The notes below the pieces were generated by a model that saw only the letters and a list, made by a program, of their open reading frames with translations, was not told where the DNA came from and made no database searches. DNA of 14,744 nt from contig JBGSTX010000136.1 of NCBI GenBank assembly GCA_041736305.1, positions 1-14,744 of the forward strand. Reading direction: 5' to 3'. The DNA comes from Oligoflexus sp. (GTDB lineage: Bacteria > Bdellovibrionota_B > Oligoflexia > Oligoflexales > Oligoflexaceae). Made by a program: the position numbers and the translations under genes. Shown here in pieces: positions 1 through 8,828 of this stretch (within the stretch, counting starts at the first letter, position 1; every line of letters starts with the position of its first letter).

Positions 1-1995
1 GGTATAGGACTGAATGCGGACAGCGAAGGGGTGGTCCAAATAATGATGGATCCAGCCTCTGAGACCTGGTCGTGGGTAACGTTCAATACAAACCTGAGCC
101 CGTCGGTAGCGGAAGAGAGCGCGCTAGAGAACTTCGCTCGAAACTATATCGAAGCCCATGATGAGCAACTCGGTCTACTGCCGGAAGAGCTACTAACTTT
201 TGATAATTCTTTCTATCAGCCCCTGTCAAATACCCACATGGTGACATTCAATAGGATTTACGAAGGCCGCCCTGTCAAGGGAGCTTTTGTACAGCTCATA
301 TTCAATAAGATGCCAGAGGGTGATCTGCGGCTTCGCGAGATCCTCAACAATAGTTACGGTAGGATCGCACTCAGTGGAGATCCTACAGCTCCTAATCCCC
401 AAGTGGCTATCGCTGCAACGGGAATCGAAGGTTTGGAACTGAATTCATCGCGAGACTGGGTAGTGCCGCAGCTCAACGCCTCGGGCACCTATGACTTCCG
501 CTTTGCGACCGAATTTGCCCTGAAGGATCAGGAGTTCGGCGAACTCTTTTATCTGACTCTCGATAATAGCTCGACGGATATTTTAGAAGCTTCCAGCGAC
601 CGCAGTTACGCGAAACACGAGCTAGCCGTCAGCGTTTACGAACGAAGCTACGTTTTCAACGACGCTAAGCCCAGGCCTTTTGCCTTTGTCGATGTGCGCG
701 ATGCAGCTAACGCCCTCGTCACGACCGACATAAAAGGAACGGTAGAAAGCAACGCTACCACAGCTTCGATTGTCCTGGCTACAGCGACGAGCCACTCAGG
801 AATAGTCGATAGAACTGTTGCCAACACGACGGCTTTCTATAGTTTCCCGGTGACCTTACCGGCTGCAGGCGGCAAGACGACGATTAGTATGACTCAGGCT
901 GATCCCGCGGCCCTCAATGTTTATGTTGCAGTCCATGAAGTTGCCGAATACATCAAGCCATTTCTAACAGGGGTAAACGTACCCCTTTTAACCAATGGAA
1001 TTCAGGCCAATGTGAATTTGGCCGATCCTCAGAACCTTTTCTGTAATGCCTTCTACGACGGAACTTCGATCAATTTTCTTCGCCAGGGTGGTGGTTGCGC
1101 CAATACCGGACTGATCAACGATGTCGTCTATCACGAGTGGGGCCATGCCCTCGACGATGACCTTGGAGTAGTTGTTGCGCCGAGGGGCATCACTGATGGA
1201 GCCTTTTCCGAAGGGATTGGCGACATTATCGGAATGCTCCTAACCAACAGCCCAGAAGTAGGACCGGGAATAGCTCTCAACAATGCAAAGTCCGTCGTCC
1301 GCAACCTCGTCAATACCAGCAAACACCCTCCGGCTTCTGCGGCAGAGGCCCAGGTTCATGAAGCTGGAAAGATCATCGGCGGCTCGTTCTGGGACTTACG
1401 CAAAAATCTTATCGCTCTCCACGGGCAGACCGAGGGCCATCGCAAGGTAAGCGATCTCATGCTCAAGCATCTAACAATGACCGATCGCTATATCGATTCC
1501 TATCAGTCAGTGCTGCGGCTCGATGATGACGATCAGAATCCGGCTACGCGATCGCCCAACTACTGCTCCATCAACAAAGCTTTCGCAGCCCATGGCCTGA
1601 CGGGTGACGTGATCGAAGGTGACTCTTGTATCGACGTTGATCCAGGTATTAAAGTGCGAGTCGATGTCGATCTCGGAGAAGGTAAATTAAGCCTCTTCGC
1701 CTCGTCCTATGCAGCTGAATCGCTGATCGCCTGTCCTGGCAAAGTCACTCGTTGCGCAGCGTCAGACCCGGGTGCTGTGAGTTTTCAGAAGGATGGAGCC
1801 ACCGCCAACAGTCTCAACGGTACGGCTTTGAATAGCAAACTATTCTACCAGGGCATGGGCACACTGCAGACCAAGCCCGGTGCGGATGTCTTCACGTTCT
1901 TATCCTTTGATAAAGACGGCAAAACCATCGGCTTTAAAACTCTCCAGTTCAAGTCTCGCAATCAAAATTCAGACCTCTCGCAGTCATTGAGATGA
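1..1995 (+). CDS. Zinc metallopeptidase, thermolysin/fungalysin-like (M4/M36 clan), 5'-truncated by the window
   Basis: Frame is open from base 1 (GIGLNADSEGV...), so the true start is probably upstream. It has CNAFYDG (like M4 NAFW), the HExxH zinc motif VYHEWGH (HEWGH at 1132-1146), a third ligand in GAFSEGIGD (E at 1210-1212) and a downstream VHEAG His. The N-terminal HMVTFNRIYEGRPVKGA resembles an FTP propeptide. Confidence 0.88.
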   Translation, partial: GIGLNADSEGVVQIMMDPASETWSWVTFNTNLSPSVAEESALENFARNYIEAHDEQLGLLPEELLTFDNSFYQPLSNTHMVTFNRIYEGRPVKGAFVQLIFNKMPEGDLRLREILNNSYGRIALSGDPTAPNPQVAIAATGIEGLELNSSRDWVVPQLNASGTYDFRFATEFALKDQEFGELFYLTLDNSSTDILEASSDRSYAKHELAVSVYERSYVFNDAKPRPFAFVDVRDAANALVTTDIKGTVESNATTASIVLATATSHSGIVDRTVANTTAFYSFPVTLPAAGGKTTISMTQADPAALNVYVAVHEVAEYIKPFLTGVNVPLLTNGIQANVNLADPQNLFCNAFYDGTSINFLRQGGGCANTGLINDVVYHEWGHALDDDLGVVVAPRGITDGAFSEGIGDIIGMLLTNSPEVGPGIALNNAKSVVRNLVNTSKHPPASAAEAQVHEAGKIIGGSFWDLRKNLIALHGQTEGHRKVSDLMLKHLTMTDRYIDSYQSVLRLDDDDQNPATRSPNYCSINKAFAAHGLTGDVIEGDSCIDVDPGIKVRVDVDLGEGKLSLFASSYAAESLIACPGKVTRCAASDPGAVSFQKDGATANSLNGTALNSKLFYQGMGTLQTKPGADVFTFLSFDKDGKTIGFKTLQFKSRNQNSDLSQSLR

Positions 1996-1999
1996 GAAT

Positions 2000-2026
2000 A
2001 AGCGGCTATTCCTTGCCGCTTTATTC
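2000..2026 (+). terminator. Probable intrinsic terminator after the metallopeptidase
   Basis: Stem AAGCGGC (2000-2006) / GCCGCTT (2015-2021), extendable with a bulge, running into TTTATT. It begins 4 nt after the stop codon. Confidence 0.6.
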
Positions 2027-2122
2027 ATCAATATCTAACGCTATTTTTGCGAGGCCTTTCCGCGAGCTAGCGCAGAGAAATTCAGCAAAGGCAAGAATTA
2101 CCGCCTCTTAGTCAGGTCCCCC

Positions 2123-2150
2123 TCAAGACTCTCCCCGACCCCTCCGATTA
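2123..2150 (+). promoter_or_regulatory. Putative sigma-28 (FliA)-type promoter of the vWA lipoprotein gene
   Basis: TCAAG (2123-2127), N15, TCCGATTA (2143-2150), compared with consensus TAAAG/TCAAG-N14-GCCGATAA. The spacer is one base longer than the enterobacterial consensus. Confidence 0.45.
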
Positions 2151-2251
2151 ATTACCAAATAGTCATGTTTGACCGAACTTACGGAACTCGGAGTTCCAGA
2201 ATAGTGACGCCTGTTGCCGATCGAAGGGCAGGCATAGAGATAGGACGCCCT

Positions 2252-4378
2252 ATGCTAAACTCATTCGCCATGAAAAACTTCAATTATCGGCTGCTACGGC
2301 CATGGGGAACACTCGCTTTATGGGCTCTAGCCCTAAGCTGCTCGGAGGCCAAGTTTGAGGAAGGTGTCGTGCAGGTCACCACGACCAAACCGCCGCCGGA
2401 GGTCAGTATATTACCGGCAGTAGACGCTAAGAGACCTTTGGTGCGACGCAGCGATCAGATCTCGGCAACGTTTCCAGCTTCGCTCGTGAGAAACGAAGCC
2501 ATTCATTTCGAGCTTGACGCGAAAGAAGTGAGCAGTAGCTTCACCCTAGAAGATATCGTGCGACCGATCGAAGAAAAAAGAACTCAGGCTTCGCGTCGTC
2601 TATTCAACGAAAGCTTTCAGCAGGGCCATCCGCCGCTAGCCACTACTGAAAATTTTGATCAGCGAGCGCGAAAGGGTGCTGTTGATATCCTGATTGTCAT
2701 CGACAATTCGGTGTCGATGACCGAAGAGCAGCAAAATATGAGTACGAAGATGAACGAGCTGCTTGCCTCGCTCACGCAGACCGATTGGCAAATTGGTATC
2801 GTTACCACTTCACCTCTCATAGTCGGCAACGAGCCCCAGTGCAGTATGACTCTTGTGAAATCCTCCGACCCTGATCCCACCAAAGCTTTTGCGGACGCTA
2901 TACTCGCCGGCACCTCAGGGAATCGAACCGAGTACGGAATTCTTCAAGCCGTGGTCGGTCTCAAGTGCAGTTCAGGGCCTTGGCTCAGACCGAATGCTAC
3001 CCTAGCCGTCCTCATCGTCTCTGACGAAGACAACTGTAGCGATGGCAACGGCTGTGCAGGGCAAGCAGGGGATCAGGAGAGCTACCTCATTGACTACGTT
3101 GAGCGAGACCTAGGTCGCGTCGTTGGCAAGAACGCAGGTTTCTACGGTATTTTTTCGCCCCCTGCGCAACCATGCCGAACTTCCGTCAACGCCGGGAACC
3201 AGTATCAGCGCCTTGTCGACTATAAGAACAACGGTCTCAGCAATTATGGAAATATTTGTGATAGCAGTTATAAAGCCACTCTCAACCGCATTTCCGATAA
3301 CATTGCGACTCTTCTGACCGCCGAATTTACTCTGAATGAGAATCCTCTGCCAGGCACGCTCAACCTCATGCTGATCGATAGCTCAGGTCAGGAGCAAGAG
3401 GTACCCGCGGGAACTTTCACTGTCAACGGCCGCAGCATACAGTTTTTTAGCGGCTTTGAACCACCCAATGGCGCTCGATTGGAGGCGAGGTATTTGATTG
3501 CGGGAACTACCGTCTTTCAAAGCCTCGATCTAGCGCAAAAACCGGCTAGCTCCAGTCTGCAGATCGAAGTTAACGGCAGTCTGCTCGCCGGCGATAGCTA
3601 TAGCGTGGAGGGACAGCGCCTTACTTTCAAGGAAACGCCTCCGCCGGACTCTCGCTTGAGCATAAGTTATCGGGAAAATGTTCCGCTGCTGGATAGCTTC
3701 ACCCTTACGCAGCTGCCTAGCGACCATAGTCTTGAGGTAAAACTAGGGGACAAGCTTTTGGCAAGTGGCTACAGCTTCGACCCCAATACAAGGACATTGC
3801 ACTTCGATACAGCACCCGGCGATGGCGAGGAAGTGGGTTTCACCTACCTCTATCGAGAGGGACCGCAGCTTTCCTACGCTTTGCCTTTGCCTGAGGGAAG
3901 TAGCAATTTTCAGCTTTTCGACGGCAGTAAAGCCATAGATTTTACCGAAGAGGACGGCGTTTTCACACTAGCTGAGACAGTCCATGAACCTGGTAAAGTC
4001 ATTAGACTGCGTTACAACAGTCCTGACTGGAGTCCGCAATTAATTGCTCTGGCACACATACCTCTAGGCGAGTCGCTAAGCGTGGAAAGCGGCGGTGAAG
4101 GCTGCGGTCCAAACTTGGGCCTTGGAGTGGAGGGCGAAAATATCGTTCTCCGCTGCGGTGTGTCTACCCGCACCGCGTTGGTTTTGAACTATCAGTATCG
4201 ATTGCCTCAGCGCGAATTCACTTTAGCGGGCATCGATGATCCTGAAAAGGGCAGCTGGAAGGTCCTTGCGAATGGAAAGCCGATTGAAAAATTCAGCAGA
4301 ATCGGTTCTCAAGTTAGCCTGACCTATGAACCCGAGGACGAAACCCGTATCACTCTTCAGTATACCTGGCCGCAATAA
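2252..4378 (+). CDS. Lipoprotein with vWA/MIDAS domain and six C-terminal ~58-aa beta-rich repeats (putative adhesin)
   Basis: Start moved from 2165 to ATG 2252 (AGGA at 2242-2245; ATG 2270 is an alternative). The signal peptide ends in LALSC (Cys 2339-2341). MIDAS DxSxS lies in VDILIVIDNSVSM (2702-2716), followed by IGIVTTS and LAVLIVSDEDNCS, typical of myxobacterial/Bdellovibrio vWA lipoproteins. Confidence 0.82.
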   Translation: MLNSFAMKNFNYRLLRPWGTLALWALALSCSEAKFEEGVVQVTTTKPPPEVSILPAVDAKRPLVRRSDQISATFPASLVRNEAIHFELDAKEVSSSFTLEDIVRPIEEKRTQASRRLFNESFQQGHPPLATTENFDQRARKGAVDILIVIDNSVSMTEEQQNMSTKMNELLASLTQTDWQIGIVTTSPLIVGNEPQCSMTLVKSSDPDPTKAFADAILAGTSGNRTEYGILQAVVGLKCSSGPWLRPNATLAVLIVSDEDNCSDGNGCAGQAGDQESYLIDYVERDLGRVVGKNAGFYGIFSPPAQPCRTSVNAGNQYQRLVDYKNNGLSNYGNICDSSYKATLNRISDNIATLLTAEFTLNENPLPGTLNLMLIDSSGQEQEVPAGTFTVNGRSIQFFSGFEPPNGARLEARYLIAGTTVFQSLDLAQKPASSSLQIEVNGSLLAGDSYSVEGQRLTFKETPPPDSRLSISYRENVPLLDSFTLTQLPSDHSLEVKLGDKLLASGYSFDPNTRTLHFDTAPGDGEEVGFTYLYREGPQLSYALPLPEGSSNFQLFDGSKAIDFTEEDGVFTLAETVHEPGKVIRLRYNSPDWSPQLIALAHIPLGESLSVESGGEGCGPNLGLGVEGENIVLRCGVSTRTALVLNYQYRLPQREFTLAGIDDPEKGSWKVLANGKPIEKFSRIGSQVSLTYEPEDETRITLQYTWPQ
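3326..4363 (+). repeat. Six tandem diverged protein-level repeats in the vWA lipoprotein
   Basis: Units start at about 3326, 3524, 3698, 3875, 4043 and 4217 (mostly about 174 nt apart). Shared pattern F-x-L-xxx-P...l.v..nG......y......l.F...P..g..l...Y, for example LDLAQKPASSSLQIEVNG...LTFKETPPPDSRLSISY and FTLTQLPSDHSLEVKLGD...LHFDTAPGDGEEVGFTY. Confidence 0.8.
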
Positions 4379-4391
4379 ATCTCACAGGTGC

Positions 4392-4419
4392 GCGACCTCG
4401 GAGATTGCTCCTAGGTCGC
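4392..4419 (+). other. GC-rich stem-loop directly downstream of the vWA gene (possible terminator or mRNA-stabilising hairpin)
   Basis: GCGACCT-c-GGAG, loop ATTG, CTCC-t-AGGTCGC gives 7+4 bp with one mismatch. No U-tract follows immediately. Confidence 0.4.
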
Positions 4420-4581
4420 TGCCTCACTGCCGCGCCGCGCTTTCCCATTTCCTCACTCACAGGATGAATAAGACTACGGACCTTCCTCAAAGTAGTCTCC
4501 TTGCACGCCTAAAACATGGACAAAATGCAGTTTCCTAGGTTACCTTCGCCATGCTTCAGTCTTCAGTGCAAGGGAGTCTTC

Positions 4582-7500
4582 ATGTTCAAAGTCCAGCGTA
4601 CTGCCGCTCACGGATGTTTAGTAGCTGCGCTTTCCGCAGTTTATCTCAGCTGTTCGGATGCTCCAGATAGCGCGTCTCTTGCCTCTCTTCCCGCCAAACC
4701 AGTAGAAGAGTGGCCTTACCTCGCAACCGTACAACTCAGCGGCGATGCACTTTTCGCGAGTCCTAAGCTGAGTTGGAATGCTGGCAAGCCTCTCGTTGCG
4801 CCAGCAGAGCTAGCAAACCTGCAAAAAGAGCAGGATGAGTTCCTTGCCAAAGTTCAGTACATATCTCCCGACATTAAGGTCGTCTATCGCTACCGGTTTG
4901 TCTTAAACGGAATGACCTTTGCCGTGCCGAAGGCTCTCCGCAACAGTTTCAGGAATCTTGTGGCATCGAGTAGTCTGCAGATGAGCGAGGGTCAGAAGAT
5001 CAGTCGCCAGCCATATGAAACAGACAAAGAGGCGACGCGTGCCGTCTGGGGCAACATCACCTCGGTTGCCTACATGGGTGTTCTCAAGGCTCAGCAGGAA
5101 CTGAATATCACTGGTAAGGGAATTCGTGTAGGCGTCGTCGATACCGGAATTGATTATACGCACAAAATGTTCGGCGGTCCGGGTACGGCTGACGCCTATC
5201 GCGCTAACGATCCCAAACAGATCGACGCCAGTGATTTTCCGAGCGGTAAAGTGCGCGGCGGCTATGATTTTGTCGGCACTGACTTTGATACCGGGGCCAG
5301 TGAAGCTTGGAAGAAGCTTCCCAATCCCGACGCTGATCCCCTCGATGAATCGGGGCATGGCACTCACGTGGCGGGTACCATTGCTGGGTTAGGGGATGGT
5401 GAACAGACTTATAGCGGAGTTGCCCCTGACGCTGAGCTCTACGCGCTAAAAGTTTTTGGCAAAACTGGATCCACCAATGATTCGGTCGTGATCGCTGCTC
5501 TGGAATATGCGGCTGATCCCGACGGTGACCTCGATCCCAAAGATAGTCTCGACCTCGTCAATCTCTCGCTCGGTGGCGGCTATGGGACTCCCATCAGCCT
5601 TTACGATCGTGCGATCGAGAATCTCTCGCGCGGGGGAACCATAGCTATTATCGCGGCTGGTAACTCGGGCGATGTGCCCTATATTGTCGGCTCGCCCTCG
5701 ACCTCATCGGCCTCTATATCAGTCGCCGCTTCCGTCGATGCTATGGATCAGAACTGGCGTCAGCGAGCTTCTCGCCTCGACTTTCAAGACGGCAGTTCCC
5801 AGCTGATTCCTATGCTGGCGGGAACCATAGTGCAAAGTCCCGTCGGATCGATGATCGAGAAAGCCCCGTTCTACGACGTCGGTCTTGCGAACGCTGATTT
5901 TAGCGAAGAACAGAAAGCTGGTCTTCAGGGTAAGATCGGACTCGTCACGCGGGGAGAAAACTCTTTCTGTGAAAAGGGCAAGCGTGTTCAGGAAGCCGGC
6001 GGCATCGCGATGGTGGTCGTTAACAACACGAAAAATGCACCCGGACTCATGGGCGGTGACTGCTTGTTGACGATACCGGGTCTGCTTGTGAGTCTCGAGG
6101 TCGGCGAAAAAATAAAGGCCAATCTCGCGAATACCGGGCTGACCCTAGATCCAGAGCAGTGGATAGAAGACTATGACAAAGTCGATAAGCTCGCAGGCTT
6201 TTCATCGCGCGGCCCCCGATCTCTCGACAGTCTCTTCAAACCTGAGATATCCGCTCCCGGTCTCGGCATAGTTTCCGCGGCTATGGGCACTGGTTCTCTC
6301 GGAAATCAGCTCGGCGGCACCTCGATGGCAACGCCCCACATCGCGGGACTCGTAGCCTTGCTCAAGCAAGCCTTTCCCGGCATTAATTCGAGCGAAATCA
6401 AATCTCGCCTTATGAGCACAGCGGTCACGCTCTTTGAAGATAAGCAGAAAGCCCAGCCTTATCCCCTCAGTCGGCAGGGTGCTGGCCGAGTCGACGCTTA
6501 TGCGGCCTTGACGGCCGCACTCACCCAGAATCCTCCAGCCCTATCCCTGGGTCAGGTGCAAGTCGATCAGAAAAAAGCGGTTTTATCCCGCGTCCGCCTC
6601 ACCAATCACAGCGATAAGGAGATGCTGCTCAAGGCTGAAACGCAGCTCGACAGCGAAATCAGTCTGCAGGACCGAGGCAGTTTCCGGCTGGCCCCCGGTG
6701 AGGAGAAAGAGGTGAAGCTGCCCTTTGAGTTCAAAGCCGATATCTACAATCAAAAAACTCGCGAACTCGATGGCTTCATTCTATGGAAGGACCTGAATCA
6801 AGAGGGCACGCCGATAGTCGGCAAACTCCCCGTTCTAGCCATCCTGAAGCGAGTTGCGCAGGTGAATCTCAGCAGCTTTAAAGTCTATTCCACTTCCGCG
6901 GCCGATGCAGACGGCGCCTTGGCGACTCTAAGCTTCAAGAACAGCAGTCAAACGATTGGCACCGTCCTTCCCTTCCTGGCGCTTGGGGAAGACGATAGAA
7001 AAACAGGTATCCTCACCGATCCGACCCAGAGTAACAGCTGTGATCTGGAGCGCGTGGGCTATCGCGTACGGCGCGACGAAAAAACCAAGATCGACTATCT
7101 CGAGTGGGGCGTGAAACTCTACCAACCCGTCACCAGCTGGAATCTCTGCTCGATCTCTATTCAGATCGATAGGAATCTCAATGGCGTCACTGACGCTTCG
7201 ATCTTCGATGGCAAGCTAGCTTTCGAAGACGAAGAGCTCCAGGCCGATCTCGGAGCCGACGAATTTGTTGCGAGTAAGCTCAATGTCCTGCCCCAGGCGG
7301 AGGGCGAGAAGAAAGATGAGCAAGCCTGGGTTGGGCTGGAGGGATTTAGCGCTTCGACGATCGCCATCATTCGAGCTCCCATCCGCGAACTCAGCCTCAG
7401 CAATCAACGGCAGGTGAAGGTAGCTATCGCCACCTATGCACGATCTGGTGGTCTCGATAGCGTCGATACTCTCGAGCGTGCGCAAAGCGAAGACTGGTGG

Positions 7501-7707
7501 ACTTTGTCCCTCTCCGCTTCCGACGTGAGCTGGAGAGATCTGCCTGATCGCATCGAAGTAAGGGGACAAGAGGAGACTGTGCTCGATATCGAAGGTGGCT
7601 TTGGCAACGAGGGATTGCTACTCCTTATCCCTCAAAATGCAGCCAGCGAATCGATTAGCAGCCGCGACAAGCAGAGCGTGATAGCTCAAGCTGAGTTCGG
7701 ATTCTGA
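4582..7707 (+). CDS. S8 subtilisin-family serine protease, Vpr-like, lipoprotein (I9-like propeptide, PA domain, C-terminal beta domains)
   Basis: Start moved from 4516 to ATG 4582 (AAGGGAG upstream). Lipobox YLSC (Cys 4651-4653). Catalytic triad: VVDTGIDY (D 5140), HGTHVAG (H 5356), GTSMATPH (S 6322); oxyanion AAGNSG. PA insert GKIGLVTRGENSFCEK...AGGIAMVVVNN; also FSSRGP, KPEISAPG and QGAGRVD. Confidence 0.95.
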   Translation: MFKVQRTAAHGCLVAALSAVYLSCSDAPDSASLASLPAKPVEEWPYLATVQLSGDALFASPKLSWNAGKPLVAPAELANLQKEQDEFLAKVQYISPDIKVVYRYRFVLNGMTFAVPKALRNSFRNLVASSSLQMSEGQKISRQPYETDKEATRAVWGNITSVAYMGVLKAQQELNITGKGIRVGVVDTGIDYTHKMFGGPGTADAYRANDPKQIDASDFPSGKVRGGYDFVGTDFDTGASEAWKKLPNPDADPLDESGHGTHVAGTIAGLGDGEQTYSGVAPDAELYALKVFGKTGSTNDSVVIAALEYAADPDGDLDPKDSLDLVNLSLGGGYGTPISLYDRAIENLSRGGTIAIIAAGNSGDVPYIVGSPSTSSASISVAASVDAMDQNWRQRASRLDFQDGSSQLIPMLAGTIVQSPVGSMIEKAPFYDVGLANADFSEEQKAGLQGKIGLVTRGENSFCEKGKRVQEAGGIAMVVVNNTKNAPGLMGGDCLLTIPGLLVSLEVGEKIKANLANTGLTLDPEQWIEDYDKVDKLAGFSSRGPRSLDSLFKPEISAPGLGIVSAAMGTGSLGNQLGGTSMATPHIAGLVALLKQAFPGINSSEIKSRLMSTAVTLFEDKQKAQPYPLSRQGAGRVDAYAALTAALTQNPPALSLGQVQVDQKKAVLSRVRLTNHSDKEMLLKAETQLDSEISLQDRGSFRLAPGEEKEVKLPFEFKADIYNQKTRELDGFILWKDLNQEGTPIVGKLPVLAILKRVAQVNLSSFKVYSTSAADADGALATLSFKNSSQTIGTVLPFLALGEDDRKTGILTDPTQSNSCDLERVGYRVRRDEKTKIDYLEWGVKLYQPVTSWNLCSISIQIDRNLNGVTDASIFDGKLAFEDEELQADLGADEFVASKLNVLPQAEGEKKDEQAWVGLEGFSASTIAIIRAPIRELSLSNQRQVKVAIATYARSGGLDSVDTLERAQSEDWWTLSLSASDVSWRDLPDRIEVRGQEETVLDIEGGFGNEGLLLLIPQNAASESISSRDKQSVIAQAEFGF

Positions 7708-7710
7708 GCC

Positions 7711-7740
7711 AAAAAATCCCGCAGCTCTGCGGGATTTCTT
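7711..7740. terminator. Bidirectional intrinsic terminator between the convergent S8 and NERD genes
   Basis: AAATCCCGCA (7714-7723), loop GCTC, TGCGGGATTT (7728-7737) forms a perfect 10-bp stem. An A-tract lies on the left and TTTCTT on the right. Confidence 0.85.
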
Positions 7741-7750
7741 CTCTTCACTT

Positions 7751-8671
7751 CTAGCTACGTTTGCCCGACGAACCATAGCGAATCTCTCTGACCTGCAGGG
7801 CTGAGATTTCTGTGGTCTTGGGATCGCCTGCCAGCTGGATTCTGATCCTTTCATCGGCCCGCATGCGCCTCAGGAAGGGGATTTTGATGAGACCGAGGAA
7901 GTACATGCTAAAGACGGCGAAGCAGGGCTGGAGAGGTCCAAATAGCTTCGGGACGAAGAGCCGAACTTTGCTCGCGTGCGAACGGCGTGGGAGACGTGCC
8001 CCGTAGCTTGCCTGTATGTCGCCGCGAAGGGTTTTACCACCGTGCAATTCAATTTCATCCCAGGTCGGCAACTCACAGAGCGCACGATCGACGCTGCGGA
8101 AATTTGCAAATGCTTTCGAACTCTTCCCTATGCCCAGCAGGCCCGCTTTGGTCGGCAGCAGAAGGTAGTAGGCGTCGGCGATTTCCTCGAGGCGGCAGAC
8201 TTGGGATTTACTGGCTATTTCTCTGGAAAATACGACGCGAGGATTAGTCTGGACGATGCGCAGGTGAAAGTTTTGCGGCCGGCAAGTGATCCCCTTTTTT
8301 TCCAAAAAGATCCGCACCGCTTCAAGTTTTTTCGCCGTGAGAGCGATGGGATCCTCGTGGGACTTCTTTTGCTGCGTGCTGGTGACTTGCAGCCAGCGAC
8401 CGCTTCCGGCTTCGATCGATAGACTACCGCCGAAGTTTTTCACTTCGAGCACCAAGATTCCATAAGGTGTCGCCAGGAGAAAGTCGATTTCATAGCGACC
8501 GTTTCCCTCTGGGCGAGGGACCCTGATATCGTGCCAGATTTGGGTTTTTTTGAGGGGGCCGTTGAGCGTATTGAGGAGATAATCACCAACGATTTCTTCG
8601 GCTTTGCGGCCGGCGGCGACGGCTTGATCTTCGCTATGCGGGTGATGGGTATGAGCAGTGAGACGTTCCAT
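7751..8671 (-). CDS. NERD (nuclease-related domain) protein, PD-(D/E)XK superfamily
   Basis: AGRKAEEIV...HDIRVP...YEIDFLLATPYGILVLEVKNFGG...W.Q...DPI matches the NERD pattern (G..GE, EID, iEvKn.sG). GAGG lies 6 nt upstream of the ATG. Confidence 0.85.
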   Translation of the reverse strand: MERLTAHTHHPHSEDQAVAAGRKAEEIVGDYLLNTLNGPLKKTQIWHDIRVPRPEGNGRYEIDFLLATPYGILVLEVKNFGGSLSIEAGSGRWLQVTSTQQKKSHEDPIALTAKKLEAVRIFLEKKGITCRPQNFHLRIVQTNPRVVFSREIASKSQVCRLEEIADAYYLLLPTKAGLLGIGKSSKAFANFRSVDRALCELPTWDEIELHGGKTLRGDIQASYGARLPRRSHASKVRLFVPKLFGPLQPCFAVFSMYFLGLIKIPFLRRMRADERIRIQLAGDPKTTEISALQVREIRYGSSGKRS

Positions 8672-8787
8672 TTCAACCTCGGGACTCAGCTTCAGTGGGA
8701 ATTCGAACCATCCCTTCTCTAGGGATAGGAGCCGATCTTACACCGAAAAGCGGGGCCTCGATGGTAACCAAAATGCGCTGAAATGTC

Positions 8788-8819
8788 CGGGCGGGAGCCT
8801 TTAGGCTAGCTCCCGCCCG
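8788..8819 (-). terminator. GC-rich hairpin just after the HNH gene stop (possible terminator or processing site)
   Basis: Perfect 11-bp stem CGGGCGGGAGC (8788-8798) / GCTCCCGCCCG (8809-8819) with a 10-nt loop. The U-tract on the minus strand is weak (GACATTTC). Confidence 0.55.
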
Positions 8820-8828
8820 TGACGCTAT

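Noticed and set aside
4381..4463. 8-bp direct repeat CTCACAGG (4381-4388 and 4456-4463) flanking a hairpin, like a target-site duplication
   Set aside because: No terminal inverted repeats, no transposase and no second copy in the window.
8695..8715. GGTTCGAAT on the minus strand resembling a tRNA T-loop
   Set aside because: The flanking bases do not form a 5-bp T-stem, and no acceptor, D or anticodon arms can be built.
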